From assembly GCA_021786105.1 (NCBI GenBank), contig JAJYNW010000015.1, positions 12,685 through 76,684 on the forward strand: 64,000 nt of DNA, written 5' to 3'. The number at the start of each line of letters is the position of its first letter. Within the stretch, counting starts at the first letter, position 1. Of the stretch, positions 28,458-37,455 are shown piece by piece. Position numbers and translations under genes: made by a program. Under the pieces are notes generated by a model. The model saw only the letters and a program-made list of their open reading frames with translations. It did not search any database and was not told the DNA's origin. This DNA comes from a bacterium (GTDB taxonomy: Bacteria; Patescibacteriota; Microgenomatia; Daviesbacterales; UBA10151).

Positions 28458-28790
28458 CTAACTTTGGAATAGCTGGAGATTGGTAATTCCGAATAAACTG
28501 GACAGTAAAAATTGCAGAATGATAAAGGCAAACATTAAAATAATAAAGCCAATGATGGCGTGAGTAATCATTTGTCTGGCTCCGGCAATTTCTTCTTTAT
28601 TCCCGCCAGATTTTAACCAATTAAAAGCTCCCCAGAGGAAATAAATTACCACTGCAGCCGCGGCAACGGAAAATATGGTAGGAACTAACTTGCTGATGAT
28701 GTCTCCAAAAGAAGAAAATGATGGGCCAAAGCCAAAACAGTCTTTAATTGATACGCCGGAGGGGTAAGGGGGAGTAGGGCAGGGGTTCAA
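28458..28790 (-). CDS. Pilin-like paralog 4
   Basis: LWGAFNWLKSGGNKEEIAGARQMITHAIIGFIIL. Confidence 0.5.
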   Translation of the reverse strand: MNPCPTPPYPSGVSIKDCFGFGPSFSSFGDIISKLVPTIFSVAAAAVVIYFLWGAFNWLKSGGNKEEIAGARQMITHAIIGFIILMFAFIILQFLLSSLFGITNLQLFQS

Positions 28791-29083
28791 AATGGTACCC
28801 CTCCTTTCGGTTGTAAAACTTCTGCCACAAATTTGGCCACAAAGAAAGCCAATAATACTATGATCAGACCAAGGATGGCCCAGGTGATCCTGGCCCGGGC
28901 TTTGGCCAAATCTTCTTTTTTCCCCTGGGCCATAATGTAAGAAATTGCGCCCCAGATTAAATAGGTAAAGGAGAGGAAAACAGCGGCAAAAAAAGCAATG
29001 TTGATGAATACGGAAAGCAGGTCACCTAAAGTTTTCTGAGGTGCAGGATTAGCTTTAAAAATATCGTTTAAGCCAGGTATCAT
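28787..29083 (-). CDS. Pilin-like paralog 5
   Basis: IWGAISYIMAQGKKEDLAKARARITWAILGLIIV; ATGA overlap with paralog 4. Confidence 0.5.
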   Translation of the reverse strand: MIPGLNDIFKANPAPQKTLGDLLSVFINIAFFAAVFLSFTYLIWGAISYIMAQGKKEDLAKARARITWAILGLIIVLLAFFVAKFVAEVLQPKGGVPF

Positions 29084-29086
29084 AAT

Positions 29087-29121
29087 AGTGACTAGTCGCC
29101 AGAGTCTAGAGTCAAGTGGAT
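29087..29121. repeat. 35-bp direct repeat, left copy (agtgactagtcgccagagtctagagtcaagtggat)
   Basis: Identical to 29473-29507; flanks the four-helix-bundle gene. Confidence 0.8.
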
Positions 29122-29468
29122 TTCAATAAACCACTTAAGATTCTAGCTGTTTCTGTATGAATATCTAATATTCTCTCATAATCTTGAGAGTTTATAAACT
29201 TTCTTTCATAAGCAAAATCAATAAAAAATTCTAGTTCTGTTAAAGATGCGACTGCCATTTGATAAAAATGTTTTCTATCTTTTAAACTACTTCTGCTGTA
29301 TCCCTCAGCTATATTGGCGCAAACAGATAAAGCAGCTCGACGCATTTGGGAAATTAGTCCGAAAATTTCGTCTTTAGGGAAGTTGGTTGTTTCATCGTAA
29401 ATTAAATGAGTTAGCAGATTACTTTTTTGCCATGCAATTAATTTTCTGTAACCTTTATTATTTCGCAT
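29112..29468 (-). CDS. Four-helix-bundle protein (TIGR02436 / bAvd-like; 23S rRNA IVS protein family)
   Basis: 118 aa; WQKSNLLTHLIYDETTNFPKDEIFGLISQMRRAALSVCANIAEGYSR typical of this family. Confidence 0.65.
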   Translation of the reverse strand: MRNNKGYRKLIAWQKSNLLTHLIYDETTNFPKDEIFGLISQMRRAALSVCANIAEGYSRSSLKDRKHFYQMAVASLTELEFFIDFAYERKFINSQDYERILDIHTETARILSGLLKST

Positions 29469-29472
29469 AGTT

Positions 29473-29507
29473 AGTGACTAGTCGCCAGAGTCTAGAGTCA
29501 AGTGGAT
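29473..29507. repeat. 35-bp direct repeat, right copy
   Basis: Perfect copy of 29087-29121; followed by further gactctaga palindromes to 29560. Confidence 0.8.
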
Positions 29508-29524
29508 GGCTGTTTTTCTAGACT

Positions 29525-30703
29525 CTAGATTCTAGACTCTTGACTCTGATGAAACCCAGGTATATTTAATATACTCACTCCAATAATCTGTAAAAGCAAA
29601 ATACTAAAAATTACAAATAATAATCCAATAATGGCACTGGTTACTCTGCTGCGGCCGGCGCTTAAGGTTTCCGGATTACCGGCTGAGGTGAGCATCTGAA
29701 ATGCCCCCAGCAGCATCATTAAAAATGATAAACCTCCGCCGATGCCAATGGTAAATGTTAGAAAGTCTTTAACCAACTCAGGAGGATTGGTATGGATGCA
29801 GCCAATGGCAGTAGGGATACCAGGGTTAGGGTTAAGTTTGGTTGGGTCGTTTGGATCCTGAGGGTCATTGCATCCGGGAACTAGATTACCCATGGCAAGG
29901 GAGCAATCTTCTGGTTTGACGCATTGTTTTGTTATATCTGGTAGAACGGGGCATTGCCCGCCCTCGCCGCTTCCCAGCACCCCGACGGTAAAGCATACCG
30001 GAGCGCACTCAATACGATTATTTTTCCCTATAACCACGGTATAAATACCCCCATTAAATTTTCCTAAGTTCTTGCTAAGGGTGGAGGGATCTGCGGGATC
30101 AAAATTGTTATTGGAAAATTTAATTTCATTATTGATATAGATATCATAACTACCCTTATTAATATTCTGTGCCGATAAAATGACATCTGTGGTTGGATCA
30201 ATCGGTTTGGTCTCTATAGTGCTGGTACAGTTTGATTGCGCAGGAGCATTTTTAAATTCAAAAGTATCCTGGCAAACGATATTTCGAGGTGTTGGAGGTT
30301 TACCCTTTTCCATGGCAGTAATGATATAGGTGCCTAAATTCCATTTGTCATGTCCCCAGCTAGCAGGCCAGCCATTAGGGGGATGTTGTATTATGAGCGG
30401 AGCGGGGGTGTCTGCGCCAAAAGTAATATCGTTTACGTTATAAATATTACCGGCAGGGTCTTTAATTTGGAACCAATAAAGAGTTGGGGTTAAATCTTTT
30501 GAAGTATTGGTAACAGTAATTTTTAAATCGCCTATATTTTGATTGAGTGATCCTTTGGGAGGATCGTAGTCGAAGCTACATTCGGTCGCTGCGAATGTAT
30601 TTACAGGTAGGAAAAATGAGGTAAAAGAAAAAACTAATATTACCGTAAATAATTGCAGGAGGATTTTGGACATTAACCTCAGCTTAGCACGAAATTCATT
30701 CAA
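29525..30703 (-). CDS. Pilin-like paralog 6 with large (about 300 aa) Cys-containing ectodomain
   Basis: Signal peptide; beta-rich ectodomain; LLGAFQMLTSAGNPETLSAGRSRVTSAIIGLLFV at the C-terminus. Confidence 0.5.
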   Translation of the reverse strand: MNEFRAKLRLMSKILLQLFTVILVFSFTSFFLPVNTFAATECSFDYDPPKGSLNQNIGDLKITVTNTSKDLTPTLYWFQIKDPAGNIYNVNDITFGADTPAPLIIQHPPNGWPASWGHDKWNLGTYIITAMEKGKPPTPRNIVCQDTFEFKNAPAQSNCTSTIETKPIDPTTDVILSAQNINKGSYDIYINNEIKFSNNNFDPADPSTLSKNLGKFNGGIYTVVIGKNNRIECAPVCFTVGVLGSGEGGQCPVLPDITKQCVKPEDCSLAMGNLVPGCNDPQDPNDPTKLNPNPGIPTAIGCIHTNPPELVKDFLTFTIGIGGGLSFLMMLLGAFQMLTSAGNPETLSAGRSRVTSAIIGLLFVIFSILLLQIIGVSILNIPGFHQSQESRI

Positions 30704-30747
30704 AACTCAAATCTTAAGATAACCAATTATGTTAAAATTAATTTTCC

Positions 30748-32478
30748 ATGCGCCGAATCATTTTGCTCCTAGCCCTGGCCTTTTTTCTGTTTACCGTTTT
30801 AGGTTATTTTACTTCTGTCCGCGCTGATGAGATAGAGGATTTACAAAAACAGATTGACCAATTAAATCATGCCCGGGAACTGTCGGTTAATGCTACCAAG
30901 CCGTTAGAAGGGCAGTTGGATTCTTTAAAGCGGCAGCTGGCCCAAATCCAGGCCAGTTTAGATAATTTATCTGCCAATATCAAAGCCAAGCAAAAGGATT
31001 TGGATGTCCGGGAAGACAAATTGGCTTTGCAGCAGGCACTTCTTGAAGAAAGAGTTAAAGCTTACTATATTCGTTCCTATATGACTGATCCGCTGCTGGT
31101 TATTTTTTCCTCAATTCAGGCGGGGGATTTATTCAGGGAGCTGTCTTATCGTCAGTCAGTGACTCGGGAGGATAGATCAATTATTTCTTCCATCACGGCG
31201 GAAGTGGTGGATTTGTTAACCCAAAAGGAAAAACTGGAAAAAGATAAAGTTAAACTGGCTGCTTTGCAGGGAGAAGTGGATAAAAATGCCGACTTTTTAG
31301 GCGGGGAGATTAAAAAGGCCAAGGCTTATCAGGCCGATTTAACCGGTAAAATTGCCCAATTATCAGCCAAACAGCAGGAATTATTGGCACAAAAGCTGGG
31401 CAGTTTAAATTTACCTACCTCAGCCTACGCCATGCACGGCGGTTGCACTGATGATCGGAATACTGATCCGGGTTTCAGCCCGCGTTTTGCCATGTTTACT
31501 TACGGGGTGCCGAATCGGGTGGGTTTAAATCAATTTGGAGCCAAAGGTCGGGCGGAGGCTGGCCAAAATGCTCAGACCATCCTGCAGGCTTACTATAATG
31601 CTGATTACACCACCGGTTATAATTCCGGAATCAATATTCATGTCACCGGCAGCAATGAGTATGGTCAGTCTTTTGATGACAACTGGAATATTGAAGATTA
31701 CGTAAAACATTTATATGAAATGCCGGCCGGTTGGCCCATGGAAGCTTTAAAAGCTCAAGCCATTGCCGCCCGGTCTTATGCTTTGGCTTATACCAATAAC
31801 GGCGCCGGTCCGATTTGTCCCAGCCAGCAGTGTCAGGTGGTGAAAAAAGAAATTAATGACGGTAATTGGCAGGCGGCGGTGGATGCTACCCGGGGGATTG
31901 TTTTAACTTCCGGCGGCCAACCGATTAAGGCCTGGTTCTCTTCTACCCATGGCGGCTATGTTTTTTCCTCCGGCGATATTGGCTGGAGTTCTACGCCCTT
32001 TACCAAACGGGGGCAGGACGCCTCCGGCGGCATTAACAGTTTTGCTGATTTGCAAAACAATGCTTATGATAAAAGCTCGCCGGTTTTCTACTGCGATTGG
32101 GGTTCCCGGGCTCAGTATAATAAGACTGCCTGGTTAAAGCCGGAGGAGTTGGCCGATATTGTTAACGTATTGATGCTGGCCAAGAAAGATTCCGGTACTC
32201 AAGTTCACTTATCCCAGGTTGATAAGCCTAATCCCGATGGTCAGGAAACCTGGGATGCTGATCGGGTTAAAAGGGAGTTGGGATCACAGGCTTTCAATAC
32301 TATTTCCAGCGTGTCAGTGTCTGCTGATTTCGGATCCGGTCAAACCACTACCGTGACAGTCTCCGGAGACGGCAAGACTCAATCCTTCAGCGGCGGTGAG
32401 TTCAAAAACTACTTTAATTTACGGGCGCCTTCTAATATTAATATTGTTGGTCCGTTATTTAATGTGGAACAAAGGTGA
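30748..32478 (+). CDS. SpoIID/LytB-domain peptidoglycan hydrolase with N-terminal coiled coil
   Basis: Signal/TM, long coiled coil, PAGWPMEALKAQAIAARSYALAYT SpoIID motif. Confidence 0.65.
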   Translation: MRRIILLLALAFFLFTVLGYFTSVRADEIEDLQKQIDQLNHARELSVNATKPLEGQLDSLKRQLAQIQASLDNLSANIKAKQKDLDVREDKLALQQALLEERVKAYYIRSYMTDPLLVIFSSIQAGDLFRELSYRQSVTREDRSIISSITAEVVDLLTQKEKLEKDKVKLAALQGEVDKNADFLGGEIKKAKAYQADLTGKIAQLSAKQQELLAQKLGSLNLPTSAYAMHGGCTDDRNTDPGFSPRFAMFTYGVPNRVGLNQFGAKGRAEAGQNAQTILQAYYNADYTTGYNSGINIHVTGSNEYGQSFDDNWNIEDYVKHLYEMPAGWPMEALKAQAIAARSYALAYTNNGAGPICPSQQCQVVKKEINDGNWQAAVDATRGIVLTSGGQPIKAWFSSTHGGYVFSSGDIGWSSTPFTKRGQDASGGINSFADLQNNAYDKSSPVFYCDWGSRAQYNKTAWLKPEELADIVNVLMLAKKDSGTQVHLSQVDKPNPDGQETWDADRVKRELGSQAFNTISSVSVSADFGSGQTTTVTVSGDGKTQSFSGGEFKNYFNLRAPSNINIVGPLFNVEQR

Positions 32479-32501
32479 GGTAAAGTGCTATACTTGCCAT
32501 A

Positions 32502-33065
32502 ATGTTTTCTGCATATGTAGAAAGACCTGATTACTGCCGGTTTGAGGGTCAAGACCCCGATGAGAAAATATTGTTGTTACTGCGGGCGCATCCCATTACC
32601 AACTTGCCTTGGATTTTCCTGGCTGTTTTTGTCTTTACCGTGCCGTTTTTGGTAAAAATAGCCGCTCCTTTTGTTGGTTTTAGTCTGGACTTAGTTCCGC
32701 CGAATTTTTTGCTAATTTTGTTAATTATTAATTATCTGTTTGTTTTGGTGGTTGTTTTCCAGGGTTTTTTGGAATGGTATTTTAATGCCACTATTGTGAC
32801 CAATGAAAAAGTAATTGATATGTCTTTTGCCCATTTGCTTTACAAGGGGGTTGATCTCGCTCCTCTGCCAAAGATTGAAGAAACAGATTCTGTGACTGCT
32901 GGTATTCTGGGAACCATGTTTAACTTTGGCAATGTGAAAATTCAAACCGCCGGAGCCACGGTGGCGATTGAAATGAAAAATATCCCCCGGCCAGCCTCTG
33001 TCGCAGATTTAATTTTGGATTTGATTGGTAAGCCGAATGAAAACTTGATTGTAGAAAAAAATTAA
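32502..33065 (+). CDS. Membrane protein with bacterial PH (YdbS/bPH_2-like) domain
   Basis: Two TM helices then a beta-rich C-terminus. Confidence 0.35.
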   Translation: MFSAYVERPDYCRFEGQDPDEKILLLLRAHPITNLPWIFLAVFVFTVPFLVKIAAPFVGFSLDLVPPNFLLILLIINYLFVLVVVFQGFLEWYFNATIVTNEKVIDMSFAHLLYKGVDLAPLPKIEETDSVTAGILGTMFNFGNVKIQTAGATVAIEMKNIPRPASVADLILDLIGKPNENLIVEKN

Positions 33066-33066
33066 T

Positions 33067-33318
33067 ATGCCAATTACCTCGACCCAAAACTTGGCCACAC
33101 AAAGTTTATTTGACAATTATTACATTTTGGCCGGGGCCAAAGGGGCAATTTTGCTTATTTTAATATTTTACGCTATATTTTCCTTGATTATTATCCGGCA
33201 GGTGGATTCGATGGGTAAAACATTGATTACCAATATTTCGCCGCTAGTGAAAGGTTTGGCTATTATTCACGCCGGTTTTGCGATTGGATTAATCGTTTTA
33301 GCATGGGGAATGCTGTAA
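33067..33318 (+). CDS. Small two-TM membrane protein
   Basis: 83 aa, two hydrophobic helices. Confidence 0.3.
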   Translation: MPITSTQNLATQSLFDNYYILAGAKGAILLILIFYAIFSLIIIRQVDSMGKTLITNISPLVKGLAIIHAGFAIGLIVLAWGML

Positions 33319-35171
33319 TGAAACTTAAGATTGCTCAAGTCGTTGGTCTGAATACCGATCAAAAAGCTGCTCAAGTCACCTCGGCCGCCAGGGATGATAA
33401 TACCTTTCTGGCGGTTTTAGAGATGTCTTGTGATGATGCTTTTACTAAAGGCCGGCAGGCTTTATCAGAGTTGGAAGACTTCTATTTTGAGTTTGAGGGG
33501 AATGCCACCGAAAGATTAAATGCTACCTTTACCGAAGCAGAAAACAAATTATCCAAAGGCGGTGAATTTGATTTAGTGTTGGCCACGGTTTCCGGCAAGG
33601 TGTTGTACCTAATTGGTAAGGGTCAGGTGGAAGTTTATTTAAAACGGGGAGAAAAGTTGTCACCGCTTTTGTCGGTAGGTGCGTCCTCACAACTTATTTC
33701 CGGTTTTTTGCAAGACGATGATAAATTCTTACTTTGCACCGGTAGCTTGGCTGCCTTTCTAGGCTCAGAATTGGAAAAATCCTTAAGCTTGCCGATTGAA
33801 AATTTTGAGGAAGAGGTAGGCAGTAAAATTGGCACCTCTGATTTAGATAGCCAAGGGCTGGCTGCTTTAGCGGTGGAAGCTTTGGAGGGGAATCTGGAAA
33901 TTGCCCCGATTGTTTCTCATGAGGATTTGGGCCGGGTATCTCAGTCAGAAGAGCGGGCTATTGAAAATACTGTTAAAAAACCGCTAGTTCTTATTCCTGT
34001 GATTGCGGATAGGGTTTTGAGGTTATCCAGACGGTTGGGGTCCTATTTCCCAAAGTCTGGTCGGGGACGGCTGATTGTGGCAGTTGTTTTAATTCTCATT
34101 ATTATTGCCGGTGTGGGCTATAAATATAAAACAAGCCGTGACCACAAAATTCAGATCCAATTTAACCAGTTATTGCAGGAAGCTAAGGATGATTTTAACG
34201 GAGCTAAGGGAATTGCCAGTTTGAGCCCGGCTGATGCCAAGAGCAAACTGGATCAGGCTAAAGACCTGATTAGTAAAGCTTTAGTTTTAAAGCCGAATGA
34301 TCAAGAGGCCCAAAATTTCAAAAAACAGCTGGAGAGCGAATCGTCATCAATTTTACAGCAAGCTGAAGTATCGGAATTCCCGGTGTTTTTGGATTTGGAT
34401 TTAATCAAAAAAGACTTTCGGGCCACTCAAATGAGTTTATCTGGCGGTAAATTGTTACTTTTAGACCCGGGAATTAAAACTTTGGTGGTGATTGATCTTT
34501 CGAAAAAGAGTAATCAGATTTTGGCCGGATCAGAACAGTTGGGGGAGGCTGGCTTTGCCTCGTTAAACGGCGGACTGGCCTTTATTTATTCTAAAGATAA
34601 GGGGATTTTAAAGATTGATACTAACAATCAAAAAACTACCAAGGTGGCCAAAAAGGATGATGAGTGGGGACAAATTGCTGATGTTTATGGCTTTGCCGGT
34701 AATGTTTATGCTTTAGACTCAGGTAAAAAAGAGACGCCGCAAAGCGGACAAATCTGGAAGTATCTGCCAACCTCTGATGGTTATTCCGACAAAAGGATGT
34801 ATCTGAGCAAAGATGCTAAGGTGGATTTTAGTGGTGCTTTAAGGATGCAGATTGAATCTTCGATTTATGTGCTCAAAAGCGGGGGAGAGATTTTACGGTT
34901 TACCAAGGGCGATAAAGACAATTTTTCCCTGAGCGGGTTGGACAAAGGGGTTAAGGATCCAAAGTCTTTCTTTGTTTCTTCTGATACTGATAATCTATAT
35001 TTGTTGGATTCCGGTAATTCCCGTCTGCTGATTTTAACTAAAACCGGCAGTTATAAAGGACAGATGGTCGGCAGTAAGTTTGCTACCTCTTCGGATTTGG
35101 TGGTGGATGAGGCCGGGAAAAAGGTGTATTTGCTGGATGGAAGTAAGATTTATACCGCAGACCTCAAATAA
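33303..35171 (+). CDS. Hypothetical bitopic protein with C-terminal beta-propeller-like repeats
   Basis: TM at about 250; repeated YLLDSGN / YLLDGSKIY blades. Confidence 0.4.
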   Translation: MGNAVMKLKIAQVVGLNTDQKAAQVTSAARDDNTFLAVLEMSCDDAFTKGRQALSELEDFYFEFEGNATERLNATFTEAENKLSKGGEFDLVLATVSGKVLYLIGKGQVEVYLKRGEKLSPLLSVGASSQLISGFLQDDDKFLLCTGSLAAFLGSELEKSLSLPIENFEEEVGSKIGTSDLDSQGLAALAVEALEGNLEIAPIVSHEDLGRVSQSEERAIENTVKKPLVLIPVIADRVLRLSRRLGSYFPKSGRGRLIVAVVLILIIIAGVGYKYKTSRDHKIQIQFNQLLQEAKDDFNGAKGIASLSPADAKSKLDQAKDLISKALVLKPNDQEAQNFKKQLESESSSILQQAEVSEFPVFLDLDLIKKDFRATQMSLSGGKLLLLDPGIKTLVVIDLSKKSNQILAGSEQLGEAGFASLNGGLAFIYSKDKGILKIDTNNQKTTKVAKKDDEWGQIADVYGFAGNVYALDSGKKETPQSGQIWKYLPTSDGYSDKRMYLSKDAKVDFSGALRMQIESSIYVLKSGGEILRFTKGDKDNFSLSGLDKGVKDPKSFFVSSDTDNLYLLDSGNSRLLILTKTGSYKGQMVGSKFATSSDLVVDEAGKKVYLLDGSKIYTADLK

Positions 35172-35225
35172 GAGTCTAGTCGCTAGAGTCTAGAATCTAG
35201 TACAATCTACCTTGACTCTAGACTC

Positions 35226-35681
35226 TTGATTCTAGCCACTATGAAAATAGTTAATAAAAAAGCTCTTCATAATTACCATATTTTGGAACACTTGGAAGCC
35301 GGGATTGTCTTATCCGGGGCGGAAGTTAAATCCATTAGGACCGGCCGGATTGATTTAGGTGAAGCTTATGTACGGATTTTAAATGGGGAGGTATATTTGG
35401 TAAATGCCAATATTCCCCGTTATAACCAGGCGGCAGATAAAGAATATGATGCTCAGAAATCCCGGAAATTATTGCTTCATAAAGACCAAATTAATTCATT
35501 AATCGGCAAAACTTCCGGCAAAGGGGCAACTTTAGTGCCGGTTTCCATCTATGAAAAGCATAATAGGTTTAAGGTAGAGGTGGGGTTGGCTAAGAGTAAA
35601 AAAGAATTTGATAAGCGAAAGATAATCAAGGAACGTGATCATGCTCGCAGGGTGGAGCAGGAGCTCCGCGGAAAAGAATGA
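35226..35681 (+). CDS. smpB: SsrA-binding protein SmpB
   Basis: KALHNYHILEHLEAGIVLSGAEVKSIRTGRIDL; the true start may be the second Met at 35241. Confidence 0.85.
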   Translation: MILATMKIVNKKALHNYHILEHLEAGIVLSGAEVKSIRTGRIDLGEAYVRILNGEVYLVNANIPRYNQAADKEYDAQKSRKLLLHKDQINSLIGKTSGKGATLVPVSIYEKHNRFKVEVGLAKSKKEFDKRKIIKERDHARRVEQELRGKE

Positions 35682-35742
35682 CTTTTCTCCTGGCAATCTT
35701 GATTATTGTTTTTAGCCTCAAATTATGGTAATATACTAGCCT

Positions 35743-36163
35743 GGGGATGTATTGTCTCGACAGGATTGCTCTTTAAAAACTGCAAGCCGCTTAGGAAACA
35801 TTAAGCGTTAAATATTGTTTCAAAACACAAACGGCACAAGTTATTTGTCCCGTGCTGCAGGCAAAATGGCTGAGCAGATGTCTGACTTTGGGAGAAATCT
35901 CTTAGTTGGCTCTACTCGAGTCGCTTTCGCTTAAAGCTACTTTAGGTCATATCTTCTTTCTGACGGGATACTAAGGTACGTACAAAGTCAGGATGCTGTT
36001 GGCAAAGTGTTGGTTGATCTTTGCTAACAAAAGACGACTCAATCATTCATTAGTTTTCCTGCTAATTGGTTACAACTAATGAACAAAAATTAATTAGCTA
36101 AGCTTGTAGAAGTTTGAGAAGTTACAATTTTGGACGGGGGTTCAAAACCCCCCATCTCCACCA
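35743..36163 (+). ncRNA. ssrA: tmRNA (SsrA)
   Basis: 5' GGGGAUG pairs with 3' CAUCUCC-ACCA; T-arm GGACGGGGGUUCAAAACCCCC; TAATAT -10 upstream; directly after smpB. Confidence 0.8.
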
Positions 36164-36181
36164 ATTTGTTAGAATGATTTT

Positions 36182-36880
36182 GTGGGCTTAATCCTCGATT
36201 TGTTATTTCCCAAAAGGTGTGTGGGTTGCAAGAGATTTGATAGCTACTTTTGTCAGGATTGCATCAGGAATATTTTACAAACTGATTTAGTGTGCCCTCA
36301 ATGCGAGAAACTGGCCATGGGCGGTCAAACTCACCCAATTTGCCGGAGACGATTTGGTTTAGATGGTCTTTGGAGTTTAGGTATTTACCAGGGATCTTTG
36401 AGGGAGGCCATCAAGCAGCTAAAGTATGGTAAAGTCCGTGGTTTGGCAGAAGCTTTAACAGATATCACTTTAGAATATTGGGTTAGATACCAGCCATTTA
36501 TATTAGACCAAATTAAGAAAGATGCCGGTAAGGGATGGGTAGTTATTCCCGTGCCCTTACATTGGTGGAGGGGCAATGATAGAGGTTTTAATCAATCTTC
36601 TTTAATCGGACAACTTTTAGCTCAAAAATTGGGTTTAACTTATGCTGATGGATTGAAACGTGTACGTTACACCAAATCTCAAGTAAAGCTAAAAGGTAAA
36701 GATCGCCACTATAATATCCGAAACGCTTTTGAAATTTCTAAACCCTATACCCTAAACCCTAGTCCCTATGTTTTATTAATCGATGATGTCTGGACCACCG
36801 GTTCCACTTTGCGCGAGTGTGCGTATGTTTTGAAAAGAAATGGGGCCAAAAAAGTTTGGGCAATAACCTTAGCAAGATAA
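36182..36880 (+). CDS. comFC: ComF-family phosphoribosyltransferase (ComFC)
   Basis: N-terminal CxxC x2 zinc finger; PRTase motif LLIDDVWTTGSTL. Confidence 0.7.
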   Translation: MGLILDLLFPKRCVGCKRFDSYFCQDCIRNILQTDLVCPQCEKLAMGGQTHPICRRRFGLDGLWSLGIYQGSLREAIKQLKYGKVRGLAEALTDITLEYWVRYQPFILDQIKKDAGKGWVVIPVPLHWWRGNDRGFNQSSLIGQLLAQKLGLTYADGLKRVRYTKSQVKLKGKDRHYNIRNAFEISKPYTLNPSPYVLLIDDVWTTGSTLRECAYVLKRNGAKKVWAITLAR

Positions 36881-36885
36881 ATAAC

Positions 36886-37158
36886 TTATACTTTAATCCT
36901 TACAAATTTGTAGTCTACAATCTCATTCTCCCAATAGAATTTTCCGTTTCCTTCCAAAACTATTCCTAATTCATCATATTGCTCATGTTTGTGCCAATCC
37001 CATTTAGATCCTGGTTTTAATGTGCCCTTTGTAAGTGCATCTATATTATCGGAAACAAGATCTTCCTTTGTTGCCAGTGTTTGTCTGGAATTTGGCATGT
37101 CATGGATAGCTTCAAAGGGTACTTCTGAGATATTAAAGATTTTAAATTTTTTAGACAT
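36886..37158 (-). CDS. Small cupin-domain protein
   Basis: 90 aa; HKHEQYDELGIVLEGNG cupin motif. Confidence 0.4.
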   Translation of the reverse strand: MSKKFKIFNISEVPFEAIHDMPNSRQTLATKEDLVSDNIDALTKGTLKPGSKWDWHKHEQYDELGIVLEGNGKFYWENEIVDYKFVRIKV

Positions 37159-37172
37159 AGAAAAAAATCAAG

Positions 37173-37259
37173 CGGAGAGGGTGGGATTTGAACCCACGGT
37201 CCTCTTACGAGGACAGCGCATTAGCACTGCGCCGCACTAGGCCACTATGCGACCTCTCC
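37173..37259 (-). tRNA. tRNA-Ser (GCT)
   Basis: Manual cloverleaf: acceptor GGAGAGG/CCUCUCC, anticodon loop GUGCUAA, long variable arm. Confidence 0.8.
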
Positions 37260-37282
37260 TTAAAAAATGCTATATCAAAGGG

Positions 37283-37370
37283 CGGTGGGGGTGAGATTCG
37301 AACTCACGGTAGTATTACTACTACATTGGTTTTCAAGACCAACCTGATAAACCACTCCAAGCACCCCACC
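37283..37370 (-). tRNA. tRNA-Ser (TGA)
   Basis: Acceptor GGUGGGG/CCCCACC, anticodon loop CUUGAAA, long variable arm. Confidence 0.75.
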
Positions 37371-37455
37371 CTGTAGCGCTAATTGTAACAAACTGTCTCT
37401 TGATAATCTAGAAGAGTAATGGCATGATAATTGCAGAGTGGCTTAGTGCAAAATT

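Noticed and set aside
36989-37376. Two plus-strand ORFs (83 and 62 aa) over the tRNA-Ser pair
   Set aside because: They overlap two well-formed tRNA genes on the opposite strand and contain GFEP/EIRTHG tRNA-antisense peptides
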